The notes under the pieces were generated by a model, which worked only from the letters and a program-made list of their open reading frames with translations, was not told the DNA's origin and searched no databases. A DNA stretch of 32,000 bases from Leptospirillum ferrooxidans C2-3 (GTDB taxonomy: Bacteria; Nitrospirota; Leptospirillia; Leptospirillales; Leptospirillaceae). Positions within the stretch are counted from its first letter, which is position 1, and the number at the start of each line of letters is the position of its first letter. Shown here piece after piece: positions 1 to 10,021 of the stretch. Both the position numbers and the translations under genes were made by a program. The DNA lies in the NCBI RefSeq assembly GCF_000284315.1, contig NC_017094.1:309486-341485 (forward strand), read 5' to 3'.

Positions 1-951
1 TCCTGGAATGATGCGTCGCTCTTCAACTGAACCATCTTTTTTCAGTACATAAATAAACAGAAGGCCGTTTCTGGTCATGATGGCCGTATCGGGGATGGTC
101 AGCCTGTTCTTGAGTGTATGGAGCAACAGGGAGACCCGTATGAACATTCCGGGTTTGAGCCGCTCGTTCCGGTTGTCGAAGATCGCCTCGACAGGCATCG
201 TCTTGCTGTCTGGATTCAGTGCGTGGCTGACCAGGGCGATTTTGCCCGAAATGGGATGATCAGGGTCTTGTTTGACGATGATGAGGGCAGGGGTGCCGAT
301 CGTCACATCATCGACCGATGCTTGCGGAATATCAATTCTGACTCTCACTCTGGAGATGTCTTCAAGACGGAAAAGAGGGGTGTTGCTCCCTTTCTGTCCG
401 ACAAGGGCCCCCGGATCGACATACCTTCTGGTGATGATTCCTGAAAACGGAGCCCGTATGACGGAAAACTGGAGTTGTGTGACATCTTCCCTGAGATTGG
501 CCAGGGCTGAGAGATAAAGATTCTGGGCCTGATCGACCTCTTCTCTCGAGATCAGGTCGGGAGATTCCTTGAGGGTTTGCCTGAAGCGGTTCAAAAGGGT
601 CAGTCGGTACTGATAATTGGCCAGTGCTCGCATGAAGTGTGTTCTCAGTTCGGGAATGTCGATCTGGGCAAGAATGTCATTTTTCCGGACACTTGACCCG
701 ATGTCGACCGAGACGGTTTTCAGGTATCCCAGAACCTGCGGATGGATTTCGGTCGACTGGTAGGATGTGACCGTTCCCGGGAGCCTGATGGAAACGGGAA
801 GATCCGTGATGGTGGGATGAGTCACAAGGACTGTTGCCCTTGATCCCTCTATCGTGACCAGCTTGTCCTTTCGGGGAGTCTGGTGGCAGGAAACCAGAAA
901 TGGCATGAGAAAAAGCACAAGAAGGATCGATCGTAACGGAGTGTTGATCAT
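1..951 (-). CDS. Periplasmic adaptor (membrane-fusion/HlyD-like) lipoprotein domain, partial, runs off the left edge; in frame with the upstream permease
   Basis: Minus-strand frame from 951: MINTPLRSILLVLFLMPFLVSCHQTPRKDKLVTIEGS..., a lipobox-like LVSC, then adaptor-like barrel text (VSIRLPGTVTSYQSTEIHPQVLGYLKTVSVDIGSSVRKNDILAQIDIPEL). No TTA/CTA/TCA triplet in this frame from 1 to 951. Confidence 0.82.
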   Translation of the reverse strand, partial: MINTPLRSILLVLFLMPFLVSCHQTPRKDKLVTIEGSRATVLVTHPTITDLPVSIRLPGTVTSYQSTEIHPQVLGYLKTVSVDIGSSVRKNDILAQIDIPELRTHFMRALANYQYRLTLLNRFRQTLKESPDLISREEVDQAQNLYLSALANLREDVTQLQFSVIRAPFSGIITRRYVDPGALVGQKGSNTPLFRLEDISRVRVRIDIPQASVDDVTIGTPALIIVKQDPDHPISGKIALVSHALNPDSKTMPVEAIFDNRNERLKPGMFIRVSLLLHTLKNRLTIPDTAIMTRNGLLFIYVLKKDGSVEERRIIPG

Positions 952-3900
952 GTTTTGGCCTTTATGGGTGGTGATGAATTGTTCTGTTTTCTTTAAAAAG
1001 AGAAAAGAGAGGACAGGAATCAAAAAGAGCGTCAGGGGAGTGGCGACAAGAAGTCCTCCGATAACGGACCTTGCCAGGGGAAGGGTGTTCTCGGATCCGA
1101 CGCCAAAGCGGATGGCGACGGGGATCATGGCTGTAATGGCCGACAGGCTTGTGATCAGGATCGGCCGGATCCTTTCCCTGGACCCCCTCAGGATGGACTC
1201 CCTGAGGGGGATTCCCTCGTTGACGTACCGAAGGTAGCGGTTGACGAGAAGGATGCTGTTCGACGCGACAATACCGATCGTCATGAAGATCCCCATGATC
1301 GAAACAAGATTCAGGGAGGAATGGAGGATGCCAAGAAGGGCCATGCTGCCAATGATACCGAGAGGGACAACGCCGAGAACAATCAGGGGAGCGATGAAAG
1401 AACGGTAAAAGACAAGGAGAAGAAGGAAAAGGAAAAAGACTGCCAGCAGTATGCCTTTCGAAAGATTGGAAAAGGCATGCCTTATATGGGTCGTCATACC
1501 CACAAAACGGATGTGGATTCCGGGGGGTGTGGATGTGTTCTTTAACAGCTGGTTGATCCTGTCGGAAATCTGGATGGACTCTCCCGGGGAAGGCGCAACC
1601 AGAACATCTATGGCCCGGTCCAGACGATCGTGATCGATCTCTTCGGGGATATCCTGATGGGTAACCCGTGCGAGCTCTCCGAGATAGGTGATGCTTCCTT
1701 TCTGGGTGTGGGCTACGGGAAGATTGGTCAGGTCTTCCATTCTCGTAAACTTTTCCGGCGGGTACATGACGGAAAGGTAGTAGAAGAATCCGGTTACGGG
1801 GTCGATCCAGGGAATGGGCCGGATCGCGTTATTGGAGTTCAGGCTGACCTGAACATTCTTCGCAACCTCGTCTTCTTCTGTTCCGAGGATCTTTCCAAGC
1901 GTCCGGTCGACCTCGATCTTCAGGGCCGGGTAATGGGGGCGTTGAAAGACATTGGAGGACAGGACTCCGGGAAGACCCCTTACTTTTTCCGCCAAACGTT
2001 TGGCATAAAGCATGCTGTTTTGGTAATGGTCTCCATGAATTTCGATGATCACAGGAGTGATTCTGCCCCGGGAAAGAAGATCCTGGACGATTCCGCTGGC
2101 CTTGAAGAGGAAAATGGTGTTTTCAAAGTGCTTTCGCAGAATGGGCTCAAGATGTCTGATCGCCTGGGCAGTCGAATAGTGGCGATGATTTTTGGAGACC
2201 AGCGCGACATCGATAATGGCCGTATCCGTTCCGGCATTGGGGTTGAAAATCGATGACCACCCTGCCTTGATGCCGATATTGGAGACGATCGCCGTGACGG
2301 TGTTCCCGGGAAGGGATTTCCGTATCAGATGATCGATGGCGATCGATTCCTTCCGGGATACGGAAAGGCGTGACCCGCCCGGAAAATGGACAAAGATCCT
2401 GAACTGGCCGGCGTCGACCTCGGGATAAAGGCTCTGCGGAACCGAGCGCCCAAGAGGGAGGATCAGAAGAAGGATCATGGTAATGAAAAGAAGGGTTCTC
2501 GCCGGATGCAAGAGCAGGTGGTCAAGAAAGACCCTATAACGGTCAAAGACTTTTTCGAGGTAGAGTGGAAGAGGGGGGACGATCTTGTCTTTTTTGGGCT
2601 TCCCGTACCGGTGTGCCAGGATGACAAGCCAGGGAATCAGGAGCAGTGAGAGGATTACGCTGACGAGATTCGCGCCGATGACCGAGATTCCGAGTGGCCA
2701 GAACAGGAAATGGACGAGTCCTCCCAGAAAAAGAAGCGGAAAGAACACAACGATCATGGCAAGTGTGGCCATCACTGTCGGTCGCAGAATGGGGACAAGT
2801 CCGGCCATGATGGCCGACGGTGCGGATCCTTCCTCGGGTTCGTGGGACTTGAGACTTTCGACGACCAGGACAAGATGGTCGATCATTGGTCCCACGGCAA
2901 TGGCAAGTCCCCCCAATGTCATGATGTTGAGCGTTTCTCCGGAGAAGTGGAGAAAGGTCAGGTCGGCCAGGTAGGCGATCGGGAGAGCGATGACCCCAAG
3001 AAGGGCCTGCCTGAACTCTCCCAGAACCAGAAAAATCAGTATTCCCGATGTCAGTATTCCTAGGAACGCCTCTCTCATGAGGGAGGAAAGGGCCTCTTTG
3101 GTATAGATGGTCTGATCGAACAAAATTCTGGTCTTGACCTCCGCCGGAACCTTGTCGAGATGTGGCAGCGCCTGTTTGATCCGGGAGATCACATCGAGGG
3201 CGCTGTATCCGCTTTCCCGATAGATCGGAAGGATGACTGACGGAACGCCGTCGACCAATACCATGTTTTCCTGGGGAGCGAAGGAGTCTTCGATTGATGA
3301 GACGTCCCTCACAAAAACGGGAACTCCATGAGAAAGCCTGATGGGAATTTCTCCCAGGGCAGAAAGATCAGGTGCCTGATTGTTGAACTGGGTCAGGTAG
3401 TTGAGCTCTCCTATGCGGATATTTCCGGTGGGGATAAGAAGATTCTGGCGATAGATCGCATTGACAACATCAAGGGGGGTCAGTTTTCGGTTGATGAGCC
3501 GTTCCGGATGAAGGTACATATTGATCTGCCGGACCTTTCCTCCGAAAATGGGGGGAGATGATACCCCTTCTATACCGCCCAGCTGGGGACGGACGACATT
3601 GGTTGCCAGGTCATACAGTCGCGCCTGGCTGATGGAGTCCGATGTCAGGAGAATATGGCAGAGAGGGACATTAGAATAGCTGTAGGATACGACCATGGGC
3701 GAAGCCGTTCCGGGGGGCAGAAACGGCAGTATGGAGAGGGAAAGTTCATTGATTTCGGAAACAGCCTGCCCGATGGGAACCTGGCTGTGAAAAATGATTT
3801 TGACGAGACTGATGCCGTTCAGGGAGCGGGAGTGGATGGACTCCACATCTCCCGCCATGGTGAACTGCCTCTCGAGGATAGACGTAATATTCCGTTCGAT

Positions 3901-4137
3901 GAGGGAGGAGTTCATCCCCGGGTAAAATGTCGCCACCATCACCACCGGGATGGGGATCGAGGGGAAGATATCCCGGGGAATCTGCCGGATGGACAGAAAG
4001 CCGAAGACGATCACTCCCATGAGCATGGCAATCAGGGGGTAGGGATTTTCAAGATTGCCCTGGGTCATGCGGTGGAGCAGACCTTGGGTATTCAATTGTC
4101 CTGACGGTCTGTTGTCCTGCGCCTTATGATCTGACAT
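952..4137 (-). CDS. RND-family efflux permease (N-terminal about 1062 codons of an ORF that stays open to the window edge)
   Basis: ATG at 4137 (minus). My translation gives MSDHKAQDNRPSGQLNTQGLLHRMTQGNLENPYPLIAMLMGVIVFGFLSIRQIPRDIFPSI... with RND features: NIMTLGGLAIAVGPMIDHLVLVVES in the TM4 region, a second half with SIMGIFMTIGIVASNSILLVNRY, and a C-terminus TPLTLFLIPVLSFLFLKK. It is missing from the supplied ORF track, which fits a frame with no stop inside the window. Confidence 0.9.
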
Positions 4138-4396
4138 CTTTGCTCCGGGTGATCGGATTTCCATTAGTTGTTTGAGAACACGATCAGGCATCCAGAGGTT
4201 TTTCCGGGAAAGGCACCGTGTCGGAGGGCATCTGGAGGGGCCGAAAAAGAGATCGATCAAATCCCTTTTCCGGCTCCTCCAGAGCGTGATGGGGGATGGT
4301 AGTGCATATTCTGAATGGAAATCCTTTCCTGTGCAAGAGGATGTTCAGGAGAATCAGGATTGATGGACAGGCGAGGATCTTTTAGGAGGAGGAGTT

Positions 4397-5233
4397 GTGA
4401 TACATGTCAGCAGTCTGGATGAACTGAAAGAAGCCCTGTCGTCCGAAAGTGACCACCCATTGGCGCTGGTGCCAACGATGGGAGCCCTTCATTCTGGACA
4501 CGTAGAACTTGTACGGCATGCGAAATCAAGAGGTTTCCATGTGGCTCTTTCCATATTCGTCAATCCGATGCAATTTGGTCCTGGTGAAGATCTTGAGCGG
4601 TATCCCAGACCCCTTTCGGCCGATCTGGATTTATGCCAGAAAGAGGGTGTTTCGCTTGTTTTTACTCCCAATGTTTCGGAAATGGTTTCGGAGAACTCCT
4701 CGATCAGGGTGAGCCATCCCGTCGGCAGCCTCTATTGCGGGGCCTATCGACCCGGCCATTTTGACGGGGTCCTGACCATTGTTGCAAAACTCTTCCACCT
4801 GTTTTCTCCCGATATTGCAGTGTTTGGACAGAAAGACCGGCAACAGCTTTTTCTGATCGAACGGATGGTGGCAGAGCTTGATTTTCCCTTGAAAATTGAA
4901 TCGGTGAAGACGGTCCGGGAATATGACGGACTCGCGAAAAGTTCCCGCAATCGATACCTTTCGGAGAGTGAACGCCTCATTGCTCCATTTCTGTATGGCC
5001 GTCTTCTGAAAGCCAAAGAAGAAGGCGTTCCCAAAAATCACTCGGATCAGCAGGCCTGGCTGCAGGAAATCTCGAAAAATTTGTCCACTCTTGGTTTTCG
5101 TCCGGACTATGTCTCATTGGTCGACCGGGAAACCTTTCTTCCGCCAACCCGGGATTCGTCCGGCCTGATCCTTCTGGCGGCGGCCTGGCTTGGGAAAACC
5201 CGTTTGATCGACAATCTGGAGATGGATGAATGA
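4397..5233 (+). CDS. panC: Pantoate--beta-alanine ligase
   Basis: 278 aa; ALVPTMGALHSGHVELVRHA (HIGH-type motif), VNPMQFGPGEDLERYPR, FGQKDRQQLFLIERM. GTG start behind an AGGAGGAGGAG Shine-Dalgarno. Confidence 0.95.
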   Translation: MIHVSSLDELKEALSSESDHPLALVPTMGALHSGHVELVRHAKSRGFHVALSIFVNPMQFGPGEDLERYPRPLSADLDLCQKEGVSLVFTPNVSEMVSENSSIRVSHPVGSLYCGAYRPGHFDGVLTIVAKLFHLFSPDIAVFGQKDRQQLFLIERMVAELDFPLKIESVKTVREYDGLAKSSRNRYLSESERLIAPFLYGRLLKAKEEGVPKNHSDQQAWLQEISKNLSTLGFRPDYVSLVDRETFLPPTRDSSGLILLAAAWLGKTRLIDNLEMDE

Positions 5234-6534
5234 CGGAATGGGGGGACACTTCTTACCATGTTCTGGAAGATGTTCCTTTTTTTCCGGAAAAATGGCTTTT
5301 TCATCTGAGAAGCCTTTTTCCATCCTCTCCAGTGGCTCATTTTCCCCGTGAGAAAAACTGGGGATGGAGCTTCATTCCATGGGGACTCTCACCTCTTGAT
5401 CATCAGGAGATGCTGTCGGTTTTCCGGAAGCCTCTTGCGAGGGAAAAGAAAACCCCTGATCCGGAGAGGCCTTTATTTTCCGATGGCTATGTTTTTCTGA
5501 TGCCATTCACGGGAATCGATCCGGATGATCTTTCAAAGACTATTGTCTGCCATTACCGGTCATCGGTCTGTTATGAGCACCGTACACGACGTCTTTTTAT
5601 CCCGCTCTCCCTTTATGACCTGGCAAAACAGGCCGGATGCTGGGATGAGGGTGCTCTTCCCGGACATTCTCTTCCCCGGATTGTTCTGTCTCCCTCCATC
5701 TCTCGAGAGAGGTATCGGGAAAATGTCCTGAAAGTTCTTTCCGGGATCCGGGAAGGGCGGTTTTATCAGGTCAATCTGGCAATCGATTTTTGCGGTGAGG
5801 ATCTGGGCCTCGATCCGGTGGTTTTGAATGATCTTCTTTTGAAGGCTAACCCATCTCCGGGATCGGCCGTGTATATTGGACAGTCAAGATGGATAGTCTC
5901 AAATTCTCCTGAGCGACTGTTTTGCTTGTCAGAAGGGACGATTACGACATCTCCCATTGCAGGGACCCTTCCACTTCGGGAAGAGAAGCCCCAAAACGAG
6001 AGTGCCCACGGGAATCGCTCGGGCGAGGAGATCTTCAGGGGGGACCCCAAAGAGCATGCGGAGCATGTCATGACAGTTGATCTTCTGAGAAATGATCTGG
6101 GCCAAATCTGCCGCCCTTCGAGCATTCATCTGCCCCGTTTCCTGGGGGTCGAGCGCTACAGACATCTTTGGCATCTGGTCTCGGATGTGAAAGGTGACCT
6201 GATTCCTGGTCTTGGTCTGGGGGAGATTCTGGGCGCCATGATGCCCGGTGGGTCCGTCACAGGGGCTCCAAAGCGGGCAGTAACAAAGGAGATTATGGAG
6301 CTTGAGGGGAGCCCTCGCGAATATTATTGCGGAAGCCTCGGACTTTTTGATCCTGAAAGAGGTTTGGCGGATTTCAATTTACTGATTCGCACGGTTTTTC
6401 AGGAGAATGGTCGTATCCGCATTCCGGTTGGATCAGGGTTGGTGGCAGATTCGGATCCTGAGAGGGAGTATGAAGAAATTCTTGCGAAACTTCGAGTGAT
6501 TTCAGATGTTTTGGAGGGCGCGACGCCCCAATAA
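5230..6534 (+). CDS. pabB: Aminodeoxychorismate synthase component I / chorismate-binding enzyme
   Basis: 434 aa; PIAGTLPLRE, EHAEHVMTVDLLRNDLGQIC, GAMMPGGSVTGAPKRAV, VGSGLVADSDPEREYEE. ATGA overlap with panC. Confidence 0.9.
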   Translation: MTEWGDTSYHVLEDVPFFPEKWLFHLRSLFPSSPVAHFPREKNWGWSFIPWGLSPLDHQEMLSVFRKPLAREKKTPDPERPLFSDGYVFLMPFTGIDPDDLSKTIVCHYRSSVCYEHRTRRLFIPLSLYDLAKQAGCWDEGALPGHSLPRIVLSPSISRERYRENVLKVLSGIREGRFYQVNLAIDFCGEDLGLDPVVLNDLLLKANPSPGSAVYIGQSRWIVSNSPERLFCLSEGTITTSPIAGTLPLREEKPQNESAHGNRSGEEIFRGDPKEHAEHVMTVDLLRNDLGQICRPSSIHLPRFLGVERYRHLWHLVSDVKGDLIPGLGLGEILGAMMPGGSVTGAPKRAVTKEIMELEGSPREYYCGSLGLFDPERGLADFNLLIRTVFQENGRIRIPVGSGLVADSDPEREYEEILAKLRVISDVLEGATPQ

Positions 6535-6636
6535 GCCTTTCTGCTATTTTTCTATGACCCCTCCCTCTGACCATGGGGGTTCGAGGTGAGGAGATTGTGG
6601 CGGGAATAGGGGATTCCCATGATTCATTGGAGGTTG

Positions 6637-7785
6637 TCAGATGTTTCCAAACAGGTCTATGTACTCTCCATAACGAAACTGTCGATTGCGTACGTTTCCT
6701 GTGATTTCTCTAAGAAGATTATGTGTGACAAAACGTTTCATTAAATTGTTGGCTGCAGTGAAGCTTGCTCCTGTTACCGTTACGATATCCTGAACATCGA
6801 TAATGGGATGCGAATAGAGGTATTCCAGTACCTTATTTCCATTAGCGGTTGAGCCTCCAAAACACTCAATGATCATTTCTCGGTGTTTTTCCCGTAACGC
6901 GACAATTTGTCGGGCAGTCTCGGTGGCCTCATGGGAGACTTCTCCAACGGCGACAAGAAAAAACTTTAACCAGCTTTCCCAATCCCCTTCATCCCGAATT
7001 TTCTGAAGGAGATCGTAATATTGTTCCCGGTGTTTTTTAAAGTAATGAGAAAGGTAAAGGACTGGGCGTTGGAGAATGCCGCGTTCGCAAAAAAGAAGTG
7101 TGATCAGCAATCTTCCTATACGTCCATTGCCGTCAAGAAACGGGTGGATGGTTTCGAATTGGGCATGTGCCAATCCAATTTTTATCAGATCTGGAAGTTG
7201 CTCTTCACTATGAAGAAATTGCTCAAGATTCGAAAGCGCATCCGGTACGATTTCGGGAGGGGGAGGAACAAAGGTTGCTTCGTGGAGGGTGCAACCGCCA
7301 GGACCAATCCAGTTTTGACTACGCCGTAGCTCTCCTGGCTGACGATCTGCCCCTCGCACATTGACGAGCAATTTTTGATGGATCACTTTTATGAGCCGGA
7401 CAGAAACGGGCAGTTCCTTTAAACGTGAAAGTCCAAGGTTCATGGCTCCGATATAATTGATGACTTCATCGACATCTTTCGGACGCCGGGAGCTGAACAC
7501 CTGTGCTTCCGCTTCAAGAACATCATCAAGAGAGCTCTGAGTTCCTTCTATTTGACTTGATAAGACCGCTTCTTTGCGTATGTACATGAACACAAAAAGG
7601 TCTGGATCAGGGAGTGTCTGGATGGACCCATCAAGCCGTCCGATCGCACGGTCTGCGAAAGAACCAGCGGTCAGGATTTCATGATCCATCACAATACCTG
7701 GATCTGGCGGAAGAAATTTTGGAATAAAGGCTTTATAGCCTTTTAGTTGATGGATATATTGGCCAGCACGACCTATTTTTTTCAT
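6637..7785 (-). CDS. Fic-family protein, N-terminal-inhibited (class II-like), with a C-terminal winged-helix-like region
   Basis: 382 aa; Fic motif HPFLDGNGRIGR, upstream SSQIEGT matching the (S/T)xxxE(G/N) inhibitory motif, C-terminal HPIIDVQDIVTVTGASFTAANNLMKRFVTHNLLREITGNVRNRQFRY. Confidence 0.9.
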   Translation of the reverse strand: MKKIGRAGQYIHQLKGYKAFIPKFLPPDPGIVMDHEILTAGSFADRAIGRLDGSIQTLPDPDLFVFMYIRKEAVLSSQIEGTQSSLDDVLEAEAQVFSSRRPKDVDEVINYIGAMNLGLSRLKELPVSVRLIKVIHQKLLVNVRGADRQPGELRRSQNWIGPGGCTLHEATFVPPPPEIVPDALSNLEQFLHSEEQLPDLIKIGLAHAQFETIHPFLDGNGRIGRLLITLLFCERGILQRPVLYLSHYFKKHREQYYDLLQKIRDEGDWESWLKFFLVAVGEVSHEATETARQIVALREKHREMIIECFGGSTANGNKVLEYLYSHPIIDVQDIVTVTGASFTAANNLMKRFVTHNLLREITGNVRNRQFRYGEYIDLFGNI

Positions 7786-7815
7786 CGGATACTCTTATTT
7801 GGAATGTCTGTACCT

Positions 7816-7899
7816 TGGAAGTCAATCGACTCCATATTAAAGGCATGGTGCAATATGGAAGTCAATCGACTCCATATTAAAGGATTCGTTTAATATGGA
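7816..7899. repeat. Two 28-bp direct repeats with 40-bp period plus a partial third unit, containing nested inverted repeats
   Basis: TGGAAGTCAATCGACTCCATATTAAAGG at 7816-7843 and 7856-7883. Perfect 11-bp inverted repeat TCCATATTAAA (7871-7881) / TTTAATATGGA (7889-7899), and 8-bp TCCATATT (7831-7838) / AATATGGA (7852-7859). Confidence 0.9.
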
Positions 7900-8027
7900 A
7901 CGGACTCTGGCCTGTATCTTTCCTGAAAGACACGGCCCTGTTCTGGAATTCTCCTGGTGTCCGGTCGGATCTGGCCATTTGGGGGGAAGGGGTGAGATAT
8001 TCTGGAGAAAGGGAAAAAGAATTGCTG

Positions 8028-8897
8028 ATGCTTAAAAACAATAAACTGCTGGACTCTTCCCAAGTGCATGTTTCAGCAATGGATCCGGCTTTTTTATATG
8101 GGGAGTCCCTTGTCACGACCGTTGGCGTGACAAGAGGGCATCCGGAGTTTCTAGACCGTCATCTCGACAGAATCCTGCAAATGGCCAACTCGCTTGACTG
8201 GAGCTTTATCCCCTCCCGGGGAGATCTTCTTCATGGAGTCTCGCTGCTGCTTGAAAATCTGGAGTCTCCTCCCAAACTATTGAGAATCACCATGACCCCG
8301 GGCGCGCTTCGGGAAGTTTCTCTGACCGGAAAGCCGTCTGTTCAGGGTGACTGGTTTATTTTTCCTGTTTTTCGGAACGATCCTCCAAAATCGGATTGGG
8401 AACAGGGAGTTGATGTCGCTCTGGCACCCGATCCGCTTCTCCTGTCTGGAGACCCCCGTGGAAGGTTGAAAACAGGCAATCTTCTCCTGTCTGCCCATCT
8501 CGCGCGGAGAAAGTCGAAGGGAGTTTATGAGTGGATCCTGAAGGGGAGGACTGGAAGGCTTCTCGAGGGGGCTGTCTCGAATGTGTTCTTTATCCGTGAT
8601 GACGGAACGGTTTTCACCGCTCCTGAGCGATGGGGAATCCTTCCCGGGGTGATCCGTTGTGTTGTTCTGGAAGAATGGAAAAAGGAAGGGCGCATTCTCA
8701 GGTGGTCCGCCCCGAAATCATCAGAGCTCGGTCAGGTGAAGGGAATCTTTCTGACGAATTCCTACCTGAAGGTGATGCCGGTTGCCAGGCTTCTTGATGA
8801 AAAGGGAGGCGTTCTCTGGGAGGGTTCTCCTTCATGGCTGAAAGAGGAAATCCTCCCATTGAGGGAGCGGATCGAGATCCGTTCTGCTCGGGAATAA
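8028..8897 (+). CDS. pabC: Class IV aminotransferase, likely 4-amino-4-deoxychorismate lyase
   Basis: Track ORF opens at GTG 7992; the more likely start is ATG at 8028 (MLKNNKLLDSSQVHVSAMDPAFLYGESLVTTV). RLKTGNLLLSAHLARRK and LLEGAVSNVFFI are typical of fold-type IV enzymes. Near pabB. Confidence 0.82.
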   Translation: MLKNNKLLDSSQVHVSAMDPAFLYGESLVTTVGVTRGHPEFLDRHLDRILQMANSLDWSFIPSRGDLLHGVSLLLENLESPPKLLRITMTPGALREVSLTGKPSVQGDWFIFPVFRNDPPKSDWEQGVDVALAPDPLLLSGDPRGRLKTGNLLLSAHLARRKSKGVYEWILKGRTGRLLEGAVSNVFFIRDDGTVFTAPERWGILPGVIRCVVLEEWKKEGRILRWSAPKSSELGQVKGIFLTNSYLKVMPVARLLDEKGGVLWEGSPSWLKEEILPLRERIEIRSARE

Positions 8898-8914
8898 GCG
8901 GGATTCTATCAGGA

Positions 8915-9961
8915 TCACTGGATTTTCATGATCCGCAGAACAGGCTTTCCCGATATTTCCTGAAGGGGAAGATAGACCAGGCCAGTTTGAGGATCAATCG
9001 CCACAGTATGGGCGCGATAGGCAACATACTGCTCGCCCGATTTTTTCCAACCGAAAGTCCCCCGAGAAAAGACACTGACGGTTCCCGATTCTGAGGCGAC
9101 AACCAGATGACCCCTTTTGGAGTCGAGACTCAGGACGTCAGGATCAGTTCCCACCGAAAATCGGTTTTGAAGCTTCCCGCTCGGAAGGCTCATGATCAGA
9201 AGAGTGGCATTTTCCTGGCAGAGAATGAAGAGCTGTTTCCCGTCCGGGCTGATCCGTTCTCCATGAGGTTTGCAGCCTTTCTCAACAGGGATCTTCCTGA
9301 TGAGCTTCATGGTATGAGGGTCGATGACCGCGACCAGATCCTCTTTTTCTCCTGAAACGGTTGAGTAAATCCGGTGATCCTTTGGATTGTAGCGGGTGTT
9401 GCCCACCTCTCCCGGCAAAGAAAGTGTCAAGACCGATGGGTGGGATCCGACTCCGACTGAGGTCACGGCATGGCCGGTTTCATCCGAGATGAAGACCCGG
9501 TTGTCCTGAGGGTCAAAGGCGAGACCATCCGGGTGGTGCCCTGACGGGAACCTTCTGGTGATGGTCAGATTTTGGGAACGAATTTCAAAAAGTTGGTCAA
9601 CTCCGGTTGCCGTCGCATAAATGGCGCCTTTCTCAGGAATGGCGATGACGCCATGGATATTGGGGATCTTGTGTATTTCCCTGATGACTTTTCGGTGGAT
9701 AAGGTCGATGACCAGAAGAGAGTTGTCTCCCAGATGGGCGATGAGAAGACGATGCTTTTTTTGATCGATGGAGGTGTAGTCGAGCCGCGTGGCTTTTCCG
9801 GGAAGGGGGATATCCTGAATTTCTAAAAGAGGATTTCGGGACGTGGAAGTACTGTCCCCGCTGGCCGATATGGGTGGTGAGAGGATGATCGCAAAAAAAA
9901 GAATCAATAGGGTATGGGCAAGAGGAAAAGATTTGAGGATTGGTCGTTTTTTCGTCGCCAT
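8915..9961 (-). CDS. Exported YVTN-type beta-propeller protein
   Basis: 348 aa, N-terminal signal (LLILFFAIILSPPISAS), repeated blade text: KRVFISDE-like PQDNRVFISDETGHAVTSV, DPHTMKLIRKIPVEKGCKPHGERISPDGKQLFILCQ, VGTDPDVLSLDSKRGHLVVASESGTVSVF. Confidence 0.8.
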   Translation of the reverse strand: MATKKRPILKSFPLAHTLLILFFAIILSPPISASGDSTSTSRNPLLEIQDIPLPGKATRLDYTSIDQKKHRLLIAHLGDNSLLVIDLIHRKVIREIHKIPNIHGVIAIPEKGAIYATATGVDQLFEIRSQNLTITRRFPSGHHPDGLAFDPQDNRVFISDETGHAVTSVGVGSHPSVLTLSLPGEVGNTRYNPKDHRIYSTVSGEKEDLVAVIDPHTMKLIRKIPVEKGCKPHGERISPDGKQLFILCQENATLLIMSLPSGKLQNRFSVGTDPDVLSLDSKRGHLVVASESGTVSVFSRGTFGWKKSGEQYVAYRAHTVAIDPQTGLVYLPLQEISGKPVLRIMKIQ

Positions 9962-10021
9962 TGAACCCTTTCTGAAAAATTCAGGAAAAAGGAAGAGGTC
10001 CGGAACCGGAATTGAGATTTC

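Noticed and set aside
77-4104. Many plus-strand ORFs of 60-208 aa listed in the track (e.g. 1630..2256, 3655..4104).
   Set aside because: They are antisense to a continuous minus-strand RND permease/adaptor frame with clear family motifs; their translations are low-complexity Asp/Arg/Gly-rich shadow peptides.
1-4137. Possibility that the left locus is a pseudogene because the track shows no long minus-strand ORF.
   Set aside because: Reading triplets directly shows an open frame from 4137 to the edge; the track most likely omits ORFs without a stop inside the window.
7816-7899. CRISPR array.
   Set aside because: Only two full repeat units with 12-bp spacing between them, no cas genes; better explained as regulatory repeats.
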